From Octopus vulgaris (lineage: Eukaryota): DNA of 64,000 nt. Positions within the stretch are counted from its first letter, which is position 1. Every line of letters begins with the position of its first letter. The notes beneath the pieces are model-generated. The model was given only the letters and a program-made list of their open reading frames with translations, was not told where the DNA came from and ran no database searches. This document shows positions 13,770 through 26,532 of the stretch, piece by piece. The stretch covers positions 55,552,001 to 55,616,000 of the forward strand of contig OX597822.1 in assembly GCA_951406725.2 (NCBI GenBank), written 5' to 3'. The translations under genes were made by a program, and so were the position numbers.

Positions 13770-13965
13770 GTTGTCAGAATTGCTAGCACGCCAGGCAAAA
13801 ATGCTTAGCGGCATTTTGTTCGTCTGTACATTCTGCGTTCAAATGCGCCGAGGTCGACTTTGCTTTTCGGAATCGATAAAAGAAAGTACCAATTTAGTAC
13901 TGCGGTCGATGTAATCGACATCCTCCGCCCCCGATATTGCTGGTCTTGTACCCAAACTGGAAAAC
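13770..13965 (+). mobile_element. SINE family 2, degraded
   Basis: GTTCAAATGCGCCGAGGTCGACTTTGC...TCGATGTAATCGAC. Confidence 0.8.
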
Positions 13966-14634
13966 AATTTAAATTGATTTAATGTAATAAACATTTCGCT
14001 GTAATAAACATTATGTTCCTATATTTGCAAATTTTCTACACGAGAAAATTTTTTTTAAACAATCTGTAATGGTGCCGGAATTTAGCTTGCCCAGTGTGTC
14101 AGCAATTGTGGGGCTGGCTCTGTGCATGATTGAAAAGAAATATTTTTAAATGTACCGTTCAACATTATATCCTTTTAACCAACTGTTGACAAGAATATAA
14201 CGGTGTCTCCTCCAAGAAATACTCACTGATTCCTTGTGCTTTGAGACCTCATCTGCCATCATTTCGGGATCCGAAAGTAATTTTGTCCTGTTTTAAAAAT
14301 TTTTTCGCAGAGACTCGACTACCAAGTATGATGAATTCTACCTATTTAATACTTACTTACCTACCTACCTACGTACCTACATACATACATACATACATAC
14401 CTACCTAACTACCTACCTACACATGTGTATGTGTGTGTAATCAGAATGTCTCAGGAGGGAATCCCAAGACAGATTTTTCAACCTGAGCTAACTGACAGGA
14501 GACCTAATAGTAGAGCAAGAACGAGATGGTTGTATAATATCCACAGTCTCAATTGGTCACGTTAGGGAATCCAGTAGGAAAAAAAATTACAGTTGCTTCT
14601 GATAGGACCCTATGGAGGAGATGCCTGAAGATTC

Positions 14635-14912
14635 TTTTGCCGAATCGCTAAGTTACAGGGACGTAAACACACCAACACTGGTTGCCTAGCGGTGATGAGA
14701 AAAAAACACACACAGATATATACTTAATATTTAAATAAAAAATATACGACAGGTTTCTTTCAGTTTCCGTTTACCAAATCCCCTCACAAGATTTTGGTCT
14801 GCCTGAGACTATAGTAGAAGACATATGACCAAGGTACTGCGCAGTGGGATTGAGCCCGGAATCATGTGGTTGGAAAGCGAGCTTCTTACCACACAGCTTC
14901 ACCTGCGCCTAT
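14635..14912 (-). mobile_element. SINE family 1
   Basis: TTTTGCCGAATCGCTAAGTTACAGGGACG through CTTACCACACAGC...CCTGCGCCTAT. Confidence 0.85.
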
Positions 14913-15339
14913 GTATAGATATGCGCGCGTGTGTGTGTGTGTGCGCTCGCGCTCGCGCCACAAAGTTTTATGTTTTTCCCACTGACGAAGTATTTTTCTA
15001 AAACAAAATCATGTCAATAATTTTTGCAGGTCGGTCTGCATTATTTCTTTTTATCTCTTTTTTATTTCCTACACATTTCAACTGACCTCCAAATGAATGA
15101 TGAATAGTTATAAATGTTTTAATAATTTTTCAAAGAACATTTTAAATGGAACATGATTCACGAATGTTGCCGTTATGAAACGATTCCTTTGGCTAATAAT
15201 AGCAATGTGGGAATTCTGAAGCCAACCCACTCGTTAGTTTTAAAAGTCAGCCGAAACAAACCATTATAATTTTGCAATTCAGTTTTATTTTCCTACCGTT
15301 CCTTCATACAATGTATTTGAAAGATAAGCAAATATTTTA

Positions 15340-16315
15340 AAGATTATGCATATAACACCACTACACATATCACACACCCCATTCCCACAGGAGCACCACA
15401 CTTAATAACGCACACTTAACCTACAAACACTTCAAGGTAACTCTTACCGGCCTTACAGCTTACCCAACAAAGGGCATAACTCCTAACCTAATCTCCTGGC
15501 CCTTTTCGTTTCACCATCTTTTTCACAGCAGCCGCAAACCGGATGTGTTAATCCACCTCCGACAATAGAGAGCAGTCACCATCTGCTCTTCCATGTTGGC
15601 TAACTCTGACGAGCGTAAGGTTATATAGTCAGATTGTTTCCTAACACTCCGTTGTATTCCTTGCGCAAAACCGATTGGTAAGATCAGCCGTGATGGATAT
15701 ATAACACTGTACATTTCAGATGATATACCCACTCTATTGATATGGAGTGCATCTTTTCCTAACTTATTGACTTTTAGACGACTCACGCGCGTGCACAACA
15801 AGTGTAGACGGCCTTCTCTGTCCCTCTCAAGCCGTTCTCAAAGCGTTCAAAATAATTTTTCTTTCGTTCAGGCTTAACAGCCCTTAATGTTTGTGTTACT
15901 GTTATTCTCCTAGTCCTGTCTTTTACTGTTTTATTTGTATTGTTTTTACTGTCCTGTTTTTGTTACCATTTTTACCCCTCCGCAAAAAATCTCAAATTTT
16001 ATTTAATTTGCTTTGCAGGAAGGACTGTTTTAACGAAGTCGTGTCTCGCCTTTACCTTCGAAACACGGAGTAGGCGAAGCAGAAGCGGCTGAAGAAGGGG
16101 AATTTTCCTTGTGTTGTATGTCTTGTACTCTGTGTTTTCGTTGTTTTAAAAAATGGCCGTTTCCTTAGTTTTGTTTTTATGTTTTCGTTTCTCATTGTGC
16201 TCGAAATTTTTTGGTGTCCTGTACCCATACATGCACGTATATATACTTATAGATGTAGGTACGTACATATATGTATGTATATATGCATATGTTTTATTTA
16301 TTATTTTGTTATTAT
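15340..16315 (+). mobile_element. PLE-like 3' terminal region, related to 11611-12920
   Basis: CCTCCGCAAAAAATCTCAAATTTTATTTAATTTGCTTTGC is shared with the reverse complement of 12235-12272. Contains a hammerhead motif and ends in TA repeats. Confidence 0.65.
15598..15689 (+). ncRNA. Hammerhead ribozyme motif, probably inactive (G12A)
   Basis: Stem I GGCT..CT/AG...AGCC, core CTGACGA 15606-15612, stem II GCGTAAGG/CCTTGCGC, AAAA in place of GAAA, stem III CC-GATT-GG, GTA triplet. Confidence 0.65.
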
Positions 16316-16322
16316 ATATATA

Positions 16323-17236
16323 CTAGCAGAATTGCCCGGCGATGCTCGGGGCTGAATTGCTTGAAAGTACTGTTAATGATTGCACTGAATTATGATGATT
16401 ATTCAGGCAAATATTGATATAAGTTTACGGTGGGAGATAAGGACTTAACGATCAAACGTGTGCCATTGCATTGTTTTGGGGGAACCAAATTTCTAATGAG
16501 CATTATAGGGGCATCAACTTTAAGTTTGAGAATGTGTGGTGGTAGTCCGGGGGGCTCAAAGGAATTAAGTACCTCTATTGGATAGTTGATGACGTCCTCT
16601 GGGTCAGGAGTTGTATCGATAGACTTATATACATAGACATCCCCAGGAATGAGTTTTAGCATTTCATCATTAATATGGTGAACAGTTTTATTCCTCGGGG
16701 CCAGAATAGCCCTTTGGCCAATCCAACCCATATTCTGATAATTAGCTTGTAGATCTGGGAATACTGCATCTCTGAGATCAGAAGGCGTTTTAACAATGGT
16801 ACAAATGGAATCGATGGCAATATTACCATTTTCATCCCTTGGTATTTTGCCTTCGCCAAATGCAAGGAGGGTGTGAGAAAATATGCTGATGTGATATTAC
16901 GTCGCATATGAGCACGCATATTGGTGTGAAGTTTGAGAGTCTTCACCAGTGGCCACAATGTGGATGACTTAAGACACGCACTTACTGCATCAGCTGTAGT
17001 CCCTTTGGGAATAACGGGAAGTGTTTGTCAGAAGTCCCCTGAAAGAAGAAGTGTTATGCCTCCGATGGGAGCTGAAGAGTGTTTGATGTCTCTGAGAGAT
17101 CTATCTAGTACCTCAAGAGCACCTCTGTGGGCCATCGTGCATTCATACCAAACGATAAGCTTGCATCGTCTGAAGACTTCTGCCTGATCGGAGCTGTTAC
17201 TGATGTTGCAAGTTGGTGTCTCAGTCTTCGCTAAGT
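16323..17236 (-). mobile_element. Helitron derivative with frameshifted PIF1 helicase fragment
   Basis: Motifs KLIVWYECTMAH, LLLSGDF, RAILAPRN, PPHILKLKVDAPIMLIRNL, CNGTRL. Minus-strand 3' end is a hairpin plus CTAG|T at 16323-16350. Confidence 0.9.
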
Positions 17237-17405
17237 GAAGCTGTGGCGAAAGTGTACAGCAGGGATCGTCACCACCCCCTGCCGGAGCCTCGTGGAGCTT
17301 TAGGTGTTTTCGCTCAATAAGCACTCACAACACCCGGTCTGGGAATCGAAACCGCGATCCTACGACCGCGAGTCCGCTCCTCTAACCACTGGACCATTGC
17401 ACCTC

Positions 17406-17476
<71 letters not shown>

Positions 17477-17492
17477 TATATATATACATATG

Positions 17493-17544
<52 letters not shown>

Positions 17545-17545
17545 C

Positions 17546-17584
<39 letters not shown>

Positions 17585-17590
17585 CATATG

Positions 17591-17681
<91 letters not shown>

Positions 17682-17977
17682 GAGGTGCAATGTTCCAGTG
17701 GTTAGAGGAGCGGACTCGCAGTCGTAGGATCGCGGTTTCGATTCCCAGACCGGGTGTTGTGAGTGTTTATTGAGCGAAAACACCTAAAGCTCCACGAGGC
17801 CCCGGCAGGGGGTGGTGACGATCCATGCTGTACACTTTCGCCACAGCTTCCTCTCACACTTTTTTCTGTTGGCCTGCTCACTTAGCTAGCGGGGTGGCAT
17901 CATTTGAAGGCTAAAACAATGCGAAGCGCATTATGACCAGCGATATGTAGCAACATCTGATAGTCTGGTCGGTCACG

Positions 17978-17980
<3 letters not shown>
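17237..17980. mobile_element. SINE family 3 (tRNA-like head) in head-to-head inverted duplication
   Basis: 17237-17408 is the reverse complement of 17678-17850. Head TGGTCCAGTGGTTAG...GGTTTCGATTCCC. The plus copy continues to about 17980. Confidence 0.85.
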
Positions 17981-18021
<41 letters not shown>

Positions 18022-18047
18022 ACATATATATATATATATATACACAC

Positions 18048-18120
<73 letters not shown>

Positions 18121-18121
<1 letters not shown>

Positions 18122-18417
18122 GGAGCACTCCGTCGGTTGCGACGACTAGGGTTAACGGAACAGCTTGCTTGTGAAATTAACGTGTAAGTGGCTGAGCATT
18201 CTACAAACACGTGTATCCATAACGTAGTTCTCGGGGAGATTCAGCGTGATACAGTGTGTGACAAGGCCGGCCCTTTGAGGTACAGGTACTACTCATTTTT
18301 GCCAGCTGAGTGGACTGGAGCAGAGTGAAATAAAGTGTCTTGCTCAAGGACACAACGCGCCGCCGGGAATTGAACTGACGACCTTTCGATCATGAGTCGA
18401 ATGCCACGCGCCCTCAC
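18121..18417 (-). mobile_element. SINE family 4 (CORE-like)
   Basis: Minus strand AGTTCAATTCCCGG (B box) followed by GTGTCCTTGAGCAAGACACTT. Confidence 0.75.
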
Positions 18418-18456
18418 ACACACATACATATATATACATATATATATATATATATA

Positions 18457-18968
18457 CTAGCAGTATCGCCCGGCGTTGCTCGGGTTTGTAAGGGAAATAA
18501 CTATACAAGCATTTTTAGAGAGTTACTTCCTTTATAGATGCCAATTCGGGCTTTCTTAGCCATTTCTGTTTTGGTGTCTTCAAGCCATGAAGTCGTTGTT
18601 CTAAAAGAATGCTGGTCTCCTTGACAACGCATTACGACGTTGATTTCCTTAAACTCCTTTCCCCACAGCTTCACGAGGGAGGGAAGAAGGGGAGAAGCAA
18701 ACAGGTGCAGGTGTGACCATGGACGCCAACTCCCCCGCCATCGACACACGAAAAATTATGCATTAAAATGGAATAAAAAATTATGTTAAATTATTTTTAA
18801 AATCGTAGACTCATTGTAGACGCGCGCTAATAGCCAGACGGGCTTGATATTAATCACGACTATAAGATACCCGAATTTGGTTAAACTGCACCGCAAAATG
18901 TGGGAGGAGTTAGGAATCTAAATCGTAGGAGACAGACACTCACACAACTACAGTTTTATATATATAGA
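18457..18968 (-). mobile_element. Non-autonomous Helitron, 512 bp
   Basis: Minus strand A|TCTATATATATAAAAC ... CCCGAGCAACGCCGGG hairpin ... CTAG|T; no TSD. Confidence 0.85.
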
Positions 18969-18977
18969 TATATACAT

Positions 18978-19041
<64 letters not shown>

Positions 19042-19046
<5 letters not shown>

Positions 19047-19304
19047 AAATTTAGAGGAATGACCACTAATAGTGGACAGCCTGTATGCTAGAAATAGACG
19101 TCAAACTCACCATTTACCACGAAGAATGTGTTCTCAAGAAAAAATTCAGCAAAAAAACAAATGAAAATATACGAAATAAAAAACGATTACCTATGTACTA
19201 ATTAGTTTCACTTGTTAATATTTACGTATATGGATAAGTTCGTCAGCATAGTGTGTCGTTTACGAAATACATATTAGTGGTCATTCCTCTAAATTTTGTA
19301 TGTA
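19042..19304 (-). mobile_element. Mini PLE-terminus element with ~28-bp terminal inverted repeats enclosing a hammerhead
   Basis: ACAAAATTTAGAGGAATGACCACTAATA and its reverse complement at about 19274-19300. Confidence 0.7.
19182..19260 (-). ncRNA. Type I hammerhead ribozyme
   Basis: Minus strand CTATG CTGACGA ACTT...AAGT GAAA CTAATTAG TA CATAG: canonical core, palindromic stem III, GTA triplet, stem I extended by AACGA/TCGTT. Confidence 0.85.
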
Positions 19305-19427
19305 TCAAATGTTTATCTCTCTATCTATCTATCTCTCTATCTATCTAAATGTGTGTGTGTGTGTATTGCAAGTAAAGCAAAACTGCTTTGAAAACGGAAG
19401 AAACAACTTTTGGTATAAAAACCTCTA

Positions 19428-19615
19428 GGCAGCAAACCGGCAGAATCGTTAGCATAAACAAAATGCTTAGCGACATTTTTGCCAGCTTTACGTTCGGTGT
19501 TCAAATCCCGCCGAGGTCTGCTTTGTCCTTCATCATTCCAGTTGAACACTGCGGTTGATTTAATCGACTAGATCATCTTCGAAAATTCCAGGCCTTTTGT
19601 CTATAGTAAAAAGAA
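19428..19615 (+). mobile_element. SINE family 2, degraded
   Basis: GGCAGAATCGTTAGC...GTTCAAATCCCGCCGAGGTC. Confidence 0.8.
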
Positions 19616-19914
19616 TATTTTCATTTATTTTGGGGAACCAGCTGCATATTTAAAGGACCAATCAATATATATACAGAAGAAATAGCGCGGAAAGCACTGA
19701 AAATTTTACCAGTCAGCAAACCCTTTGATTCTCAAACTGACAAATGTTAGCCCTCACTGCTATCAAAATATCAGGAACACTTTTGTCCCTTACTCTTCGT
19801 TTTATTAACGAGAAGACAAAATAGGAAATGGATACAGATCATTTTCCTTTCGTGGGCATAACGCGTGAAAAAGGTTTAAAAGTTTATTTTTCAATCTCTC
19901 GTGACATGTATTCT

Positions 19915-20095
19915 TTTATTCTTTTATTCTTTTACTTGTTTTGGTCATTTGACTGTAGCCATGCTGGAGCACCGCCTTTAGTCGAACAAATCGATCCCAG
20001 GACTTATTCTTTGTAAGGTAAGTGCTTATTTTATCGGTCTCTTATGCAGAACCGCTAAATGATGGTGGGGAACAAACAGAGACACACACTCACAA
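19915..20095 (-). mobile_element. SINE family 1, 3' part
   Basis: GTCATTTGACTGTAGCCATGCTGGAGCACCGCCTTTAGTCG. Confidence 0.85.
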
Positions 20096-20789
20096 ATATA
20101 CATATATACATACATACACCCCCCCCCATATATATATGTACATACGTGCAAAAGCCCTCCCCCCCGTCCAATGGACGGTGCTGAGTTGTCAAGCATTTAA
20201 ACCAAATTTTCTTAAAACAACTTGTCCGATCGTCCCATAGACCTCCCCTTTGAGAAACACTGATTTAACCTAAATTTGAGACACCAACAAAAGAAGAAAT
20301 AAAGATAGACTTTTTTCTATTCATAAGAAAAACGATTTTATTCACACAAATATGCAACCGAAGAGTTTAAAGTACCAATAATGATAAGGCTGTTGACTAG
20401 GAGAACACAAGCAAGGTTTAAACAGTAAGCTTGGCAGGAAAGAAACGTGCCTTTAAGCAGTACAAACACAACAAAAAATGGAACGTGCATTTATGTACAG
20501 GTTGACGGAAGAAAAACAGGACAAAAACGATGCATGCAAATGGGTTAGCTGGAGGTAAATCTAGATGGAAAAGCATGATGAATTTATGAGAACGTACCTG
20601 GGACAATAATAAGTTCATCCGATAAAACATGTAGGAAATCAACTTGGTGCGATTTTTGATGAAAAGTAACAACCTAGGGAACTAAGTAACTAATTTTAAG
20701 CTAACTTAGTTTACGGGATGTTCAAGGGCATGGAAAAGCTAGTGGAACGTAGCCTTGTAAACCACAGTCTTTGTTACTCCGTCTGGAGC

Positions 20790-21293
20790 GTAGTAGAAAA
20801 GGTTTGTCGAACAGCCATCCCTCAAACAGCCCGCATACAGTTGTCCGTGCGAAAAGCAGGGAATGCTGAGGTCCAACCCCACGAGTTTCAATGACTGCCC
20901 TGTGCTTTGTTGATGGTCATCAGGAAGCTGAGGTGAATAGGGAATTGGACGCGTTTCATCGGGGAAACACCATCGTTTTTTTTTTTATAATTGTATATAA
21001 TTCTAAAATAATTATATATATAAAATTATATATAATTATATATAAAATTTTATATATAAACATATAAGTTTTAAATTATATAGTACTTGCGCGTATAAAT
21101 GCACGTTCCCACGGCTTTATCGATCACATTCTCGCCTGGAATTGATTTTTGTAATTTTTTCAAGACTTATACACGCCCTGACACCGTCGGTATCTACATA
21201 TCAAATCTGAGCGCAATCGGATGGAGGATGCCCGAGATCCTAGAAGACACACACACACACAGACAGAACGGATTTGATATAATAGATATATAG
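20790..21293 (-). mobile_element. Helitron remnant with PIF1 C-terminal motif
   Basis: Minus strand encodes KRVQFPIHLSFLMTINKA/QGQSLKLVGLDLSIPCFSHGQLYAGC (20825-20960). Helitron-like 5' end TCTATATATCTATT near 21293. 3' end not found. Confidence 0.7.
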
Positions 21294-21426
21294 AGGTTAT
21301 GAGATGTAATGGGGTCAATAAGATCCAAAGGTGTCAGGTGATGCGGAATAAGTGCTATGGACAGACTGTAGTTAACCTCCAGGTTAGGTGATTATGCGAA
21401 TGAGGAGTCAAACGTATATATATATA

Positions 21427-21859
21427 CTCTTTTACTCTTTTACTTGTTTCAGTCATTTGACTGCGGCCATGTTGGAGCACCACATTTAGTCGAGCAAATC
21501 GACCCCAGGATTTATTCTTTAGAAGCCTAGTACTATCGGTCTCTTTTGCCGAACAGCTAAGTTACGGGGACGTAAACACACCAGCATCGGTTGTCAAGCG
21601 ATGTTGGGGTGGGGGAAAAACACAGACAACAAACACACACACACACACATATATATGCATATACATACACATATATATGCATATACATATATACGACGGG
21701 CTTCTTTCAGTTTTCATCTACTAAATCCACTCACAAGGCTTTGATCGGCCCGAGGCTATCGTAGAAGATACTCACCCAAGGTGCCACGCAGTGCGACTGA
21801 ACTCGGAACCATGCGGTTGGTAAGCAAGGTACTTACCACTCAGTCACTCCTGCGCCTAT
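21427..21859 (-). mobile_element. SINE family 1, full length
   Basis: All modules present, from the CTCTTTTA tail to CACTCCTGCGCCTAT. Confidence 0.92.
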
Positions 21860-21863
21860 ATAT

Positions 21864-21901
<38 letters not shown>

Positions 21902-21911
21902 ACACACACAC

Positions 21912-22099
21912 TTGGTTCCTTCACGCATTTTTTTCTCTCCTTTTTTCTCTCCTTGTTTTTTTTTTTCTGTGTATCATTCTGTCGAAGAGCGTAGGCTCGA
22001 AACGTAAAATACTTTTTCTATTCCTGAGTGCTATACTAATACATTTGTTTGTTTGTACTCCACCTGCCTTCGTCTTTTGTTTATTTTCGTTAACTTTCC

Positions 22100-22103
<4 letters not shown>
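21912..22103 (+). mobile_element. Probable PLE terminal fragment, same family as 63843-64000
   Basis: GAAGAGCGTAGGCTCGAAACGT and CACCTGCCTTCGTCTTTTG are shared with the reverse complement of the window end. Ends in (TA)n. Confidence 0.6.
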
Positions 22104-22183
<80 letters not shown>

Positions 22184-22185
<2 letters not shown>

Positions 22186-22349
22186 GACGGGTTTCGTTCA
22201 GTTTCCGTGTACCAAATTCATTCACAAGGCTTTGGTCGGCCCGAAGTTATAGTAGAAGACACTGGCACAAGGTACGACGCAGTGGGATTGAACCCGGAAA
22301 CATGTGGTTGGGAAGTAAGCTTCTCACCACACAGCCACACAGTGCCTAT
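22184..22349 (-). mobile_element. SINE family 1, 5' half
   Basis: ACGACGGGTTTCGTTCAGTTTCCG...CACCACACAGCCAC. Confidence 0.85.
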
Positions 22350-22575
22350 GGGACATTAAAAATTTAATCTTTGAAGATGGCGGCTTTAGACACAGCAAAC
22401 GTGATGAATTTGAATGACTGCAGTTTAATAAATGAAACAAAAATAAAGAATAAAAAATATATGCATGGGCCAATACTGGCCGAAACCTATCAAAGTATCA
22501 AAGTATATACATATAATTATGTGTATGTGTGTGTGCGCGCGCGCTTTGCTGACGTCATAAGAATGTAGAAATTTT

Positions 22576-23781
22576 GTGAGAGCGGGCGGCAGGCGATCCA
22601 TCTGCTGTCAACGACCGCTGAACGGAGGCCTTGGAATGCCGTGGTTGCTGTTGCGCAGACATGCGCTCAGGCTGCGGCATCTCAAGCGCTTCCTAGACGG
22701 TGAACAGGTGTGGTCGTCTTTTGTCAGACGCGATTTTCCGCAGCTCGTCTCTTTGACGGAGCTGCAGACCTGGATCAAACGTAGACCGAGAAAGGGCGCT
22801 TGGCACCTCGAGTGCCGTCAAGCTCTCTCCGCCCTCCGCCAGGCGGGCAATGCGATCGGTTACAGCTCCACTCTAGCGTTCTATAGAGGGTTAGTGGAGG
22901 AAAAATGCAACGACGTTCTCGGGGAAACTCTAGGCGTTGAAGACGACGAACTGAGCAGTCTGTTCGGAAGGACTTTCGGGCCGGGGCCGATGGATAATTT
23001 CCAGAGGTCGCTCGCCTGGCAGTGCTACCGAGGGGCTCTGCCTGTTCGAGATAAACTCTACCGGCACGGAAGTGCCGTCAGCCGGGCCTGCCCGAGGTGT
23101 TGCCAGGACGACGAAACCGTCCTGCACGCACTCGTCCAGTGCCCGAGTATTGCTGAAATATGGGTTTATGTCGAACAGCTACTGTCACGTGTAGGACGGA
23201 TCCGACTATCGGCCGAATCCATAGTGAAGATTGCCCCGCCAACCTCCTTTAACAAGGAGGGCGAGGCCGTTTTCTTGTGCCTAGTGGCTGTGGCGAAAGA
23301 AGTTGTGTGGTGGACTCGTTTGAAAGGGCTAAAGTCAGACACTTTCCTCTTTGGTCAAGGCCTCATCAACTTTTTCAAGTTTCACTTGAAAAGGAAGATG
23401 AGGTTAGAGAGGAAAGTGCTGTCCGATAGCAAGTTTTATGAAAGGTGGGTGAATTGTGCGAGACTGGCCTGTATAAATGGACCAGTTCTCAGGTTTCGCC
23501 TGTAATTTCAAAAAGGTAATATAAAAGGAGAAAAAAGGGACTCGCTACACCCCTTTTTTGACCAGGCTCCCGTTGGCTTTTGTAGAGTTTTTTCCACCAG
23601 GAACCTTTCGAAACGTCTCCCCCTTTTGGGAGTTTTTCATTGTTGAATTTTTTAAAATTATTATAAAGATTTTTACTCGATGTTTTTCAAAAACGGACAA
23701 AACCCTTTGTAACATTTCGTCCTGTTTTGTCCCTTTATGTAATCATGCGTGTCAGCCCTTGTGGCCAATAAAAAAGAATTG

Positions 23782-23817
<36 letters not shown>
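22576..23817 (+). mobile_element. 5'-truncated L1/Tx1-like LINE (ORF2 C-terminus with zf-RVT, 3' UTR, ATT tail)
   Basis: Uninterrupted 309-aa ORF with GGLGMP, AWQCYRGALPV and CPRCCQDDETVLHALVQCP. 3' end GCCCTTGTGGCCAATAAAAAAGAA then (ATT)n. Confidence 0.85.
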
Positions 23818-23872
<55 letters not shown>

Positions 23873-24029
23873 ATAGTAGTAGTAGAGAAGCAGCAATAAC
23901 TGTAGTTGTGAGATCGGGCGGCCATCGACTTTACTATTTAAAGAGCTTTTTAACAATATTTAACATAATCTTTTCCATAAATCAACTATCGTAAAAATTT
24001 TATACGATGACCTCATATTTTCTATGTAG

Positions 24030-24212
24030 GGGTGTGTACCTTAAAAGACGTCAATCATCATGACACATACCTTCACTTACTCACTCTATCTCTCTTTCTC
24101 AACCTTTCTCTCTCACATACACACGCGCAAGTACGCACGCACACACGCACGCACGCACACACGCACGCACGCACACACGCACGCACTCACACACGCACAC
24201 ACGCACGCACAC

Positions 24213-24289
<77 letters not shown>

Positions 24290-25213
24290 CATTTCATATA
24301 TCTTCTTTCAATTTCTGCTCTCTGCAAATATAATTTTTTACGGATACAACTGCTTACAAAAATAGGAATTGATGTATAAATTCTTTCTATTTTCATAATT
24401 AAATCACTTTTTTAATGATTAGACAGACTACGTACATATTCGTTCTTTACAACTCCTGAAGCTGTTTTCTGGTGGAGTCAGGAAATTTTCATACAGCTGG
24501 AGGCTCCAATCAAAACAGGGGATCCGAAATGATATGGTTGAGAAACGCTGTTATAGATTATGCCTAACCGAAAACGATCACAGCCACACCATCCAAACAG
24601 ACCGGGTGAAACCGGGCTTAGCTGGTAGTATAATATAAATTGGACATGGGCGATCGTTGTATTCTTTCTTGTTTTGAGGTTCACATCCAAACGGCTGGGT
24701 GAATTCGCATGAAAATGGCACACATGTGGAGACGGGTGCATAGACTGGAATGCGGTTGTATTTTTTCCTAGCCCCCATAGTTACCGAGAAAATCGATTAA
24801 AACTTTTTCTAATGGAATTCCCCCGCCATTAAAGCAACCAGTTGCTCACACAGTCGGCATATAGCATTTCGCTAGCAACAAGGGGAGTACCGGATGACAG
24901 TCAGCCAAAACCATTCATACATACACACATACATACATGACCTCTCTCTCTCTCTCTCTCCTTTTCTCTGTCAGTCACTCACACATTCACTCACTACAAA
25001 AAGTGAATAACAAAATTTCAGTTAATTCTCTCTCAGCCATACATAGCTACATACATACATACATACATACATACATACATACATACATACATACATACAT
25101 ACATACATACATACATACATAACCTTTCTCTCTCTCTCGCTTTTTCTCTGTCAGTCACTCACACATTCACTCACTACAAGTGAATAAAAAATTTCAGTTA
25201 TTTCTCTCTCTCT

Positions 25214-25257
<44 letters not shown>

Positions 25258-25883
25258 TACACACACACACCAGCAACATTACTCTATCTGTCTCTTCACA
25301 CACATTAACAAAAGCAATTCACATACACACCACACATTCTGTATCGCACACCCCATCAAACACACACAAACACACTCTCTCTCTCACACACACGCACATC
25401 AATTCTTAGGCTCCATGCCAACTTCAAAAGAACTTCACTCCTACAATCGCGCTCTCTCTGTCTCTCGCTTTCATGCTGACTTCAAAAGATCCCCTTTCCA
25501 CCCAACTCCATCTTAAAAAAATAACCTTTTTATGGAAACCGACGATCATCTTCAAAAATGTAAATAAACACACGTGGTTTATAAGTGGTTTGTAAGTCGT
25601 GTGTTACCATATCGAAAGATTGCCCAATGTTTTAATGATTAGACAGAGGTCCAATAGAATAGCTCTCAGGAACAGACTACGTACAAATTCGTACTTCACA
25701 ATTCCTGAAGCTGTTTTCTGGCAAGGAGGTTAGGGGGGGGGGTCAGGAAATTTTCGTACAACTGGAGGCTCCAATCGAAACAGGGGACCCGAAATGATAA
25801 GGTTGAGAAATGCTGTTATAGGTTATGCCTAACTGAAAACGATCACAGCCACATCAACCAAACAGACCGGGCTTAGCTGCTAG
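24030..25883 (+). mobile_element. Tandem non-autonomous Helitron-like units
   Basis: About 220 bp at 24410-24628 is repeated at 25630-25883. The repeats end in CCGGGTGAAACCGGG...GTAG|T and CTAG|T respectively. Confidence 0.65.
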
Positions 25884-26409
25884 TATATATATATATCAAG
25901 ACACAATGAAAAGTGGAGAATTACACGTCTTTAATATTTTCCAACATATAAGATACCGATAGATGTTTCCGTTATGTATGTGTTCTAGGGTCCTTAGATG
26001 CAATGGTTTTGTATAAACTAATCAATTCAAACTAAATCGATTATTGTTCTACGCAGATCCAAGACACATTGCAAGCACGTATCATTTTCAATGTATTCCC
26101 CAAAGGGAAGCTGAAAAACGCTTAAATAACAGATAACGCGTCAGTGTCTTTGTTGGAAAATATTAATTGAAAATATGAAATTCTTCATTCTTCATTATGT
26201 CTTTCTAATACACTCTGGGATTTTACGCAAAATTCTTCGAGGTAAATAAAGAATTTACCAATCGAATTAGAGTACAACTATAATTGTTTATTCTACACGG
26301 TTCCTAATGTTTCGTGCCGGTCATTATGGTTAGCCAAATTCGTATTACAACAGAGTGCTTATAAAGTACCAGCTAGATTTTGAAATCTCTACTCCTTTAT
26401 GTGCACACA

Positions 26410-26466
<57 letters not shown>

Positions 26467-26497
26467 ACACACACACATTATACATACATACATACAT

Positions 26498-26532
<35 letters not shown>

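Noticed and set aside
17679-17755. tRNA-like sequences here and at SINE family 1/2 heads
   Set aside because: A/B boxes are present but there is no complete cloverleaf, and they continue into SINE bodies.
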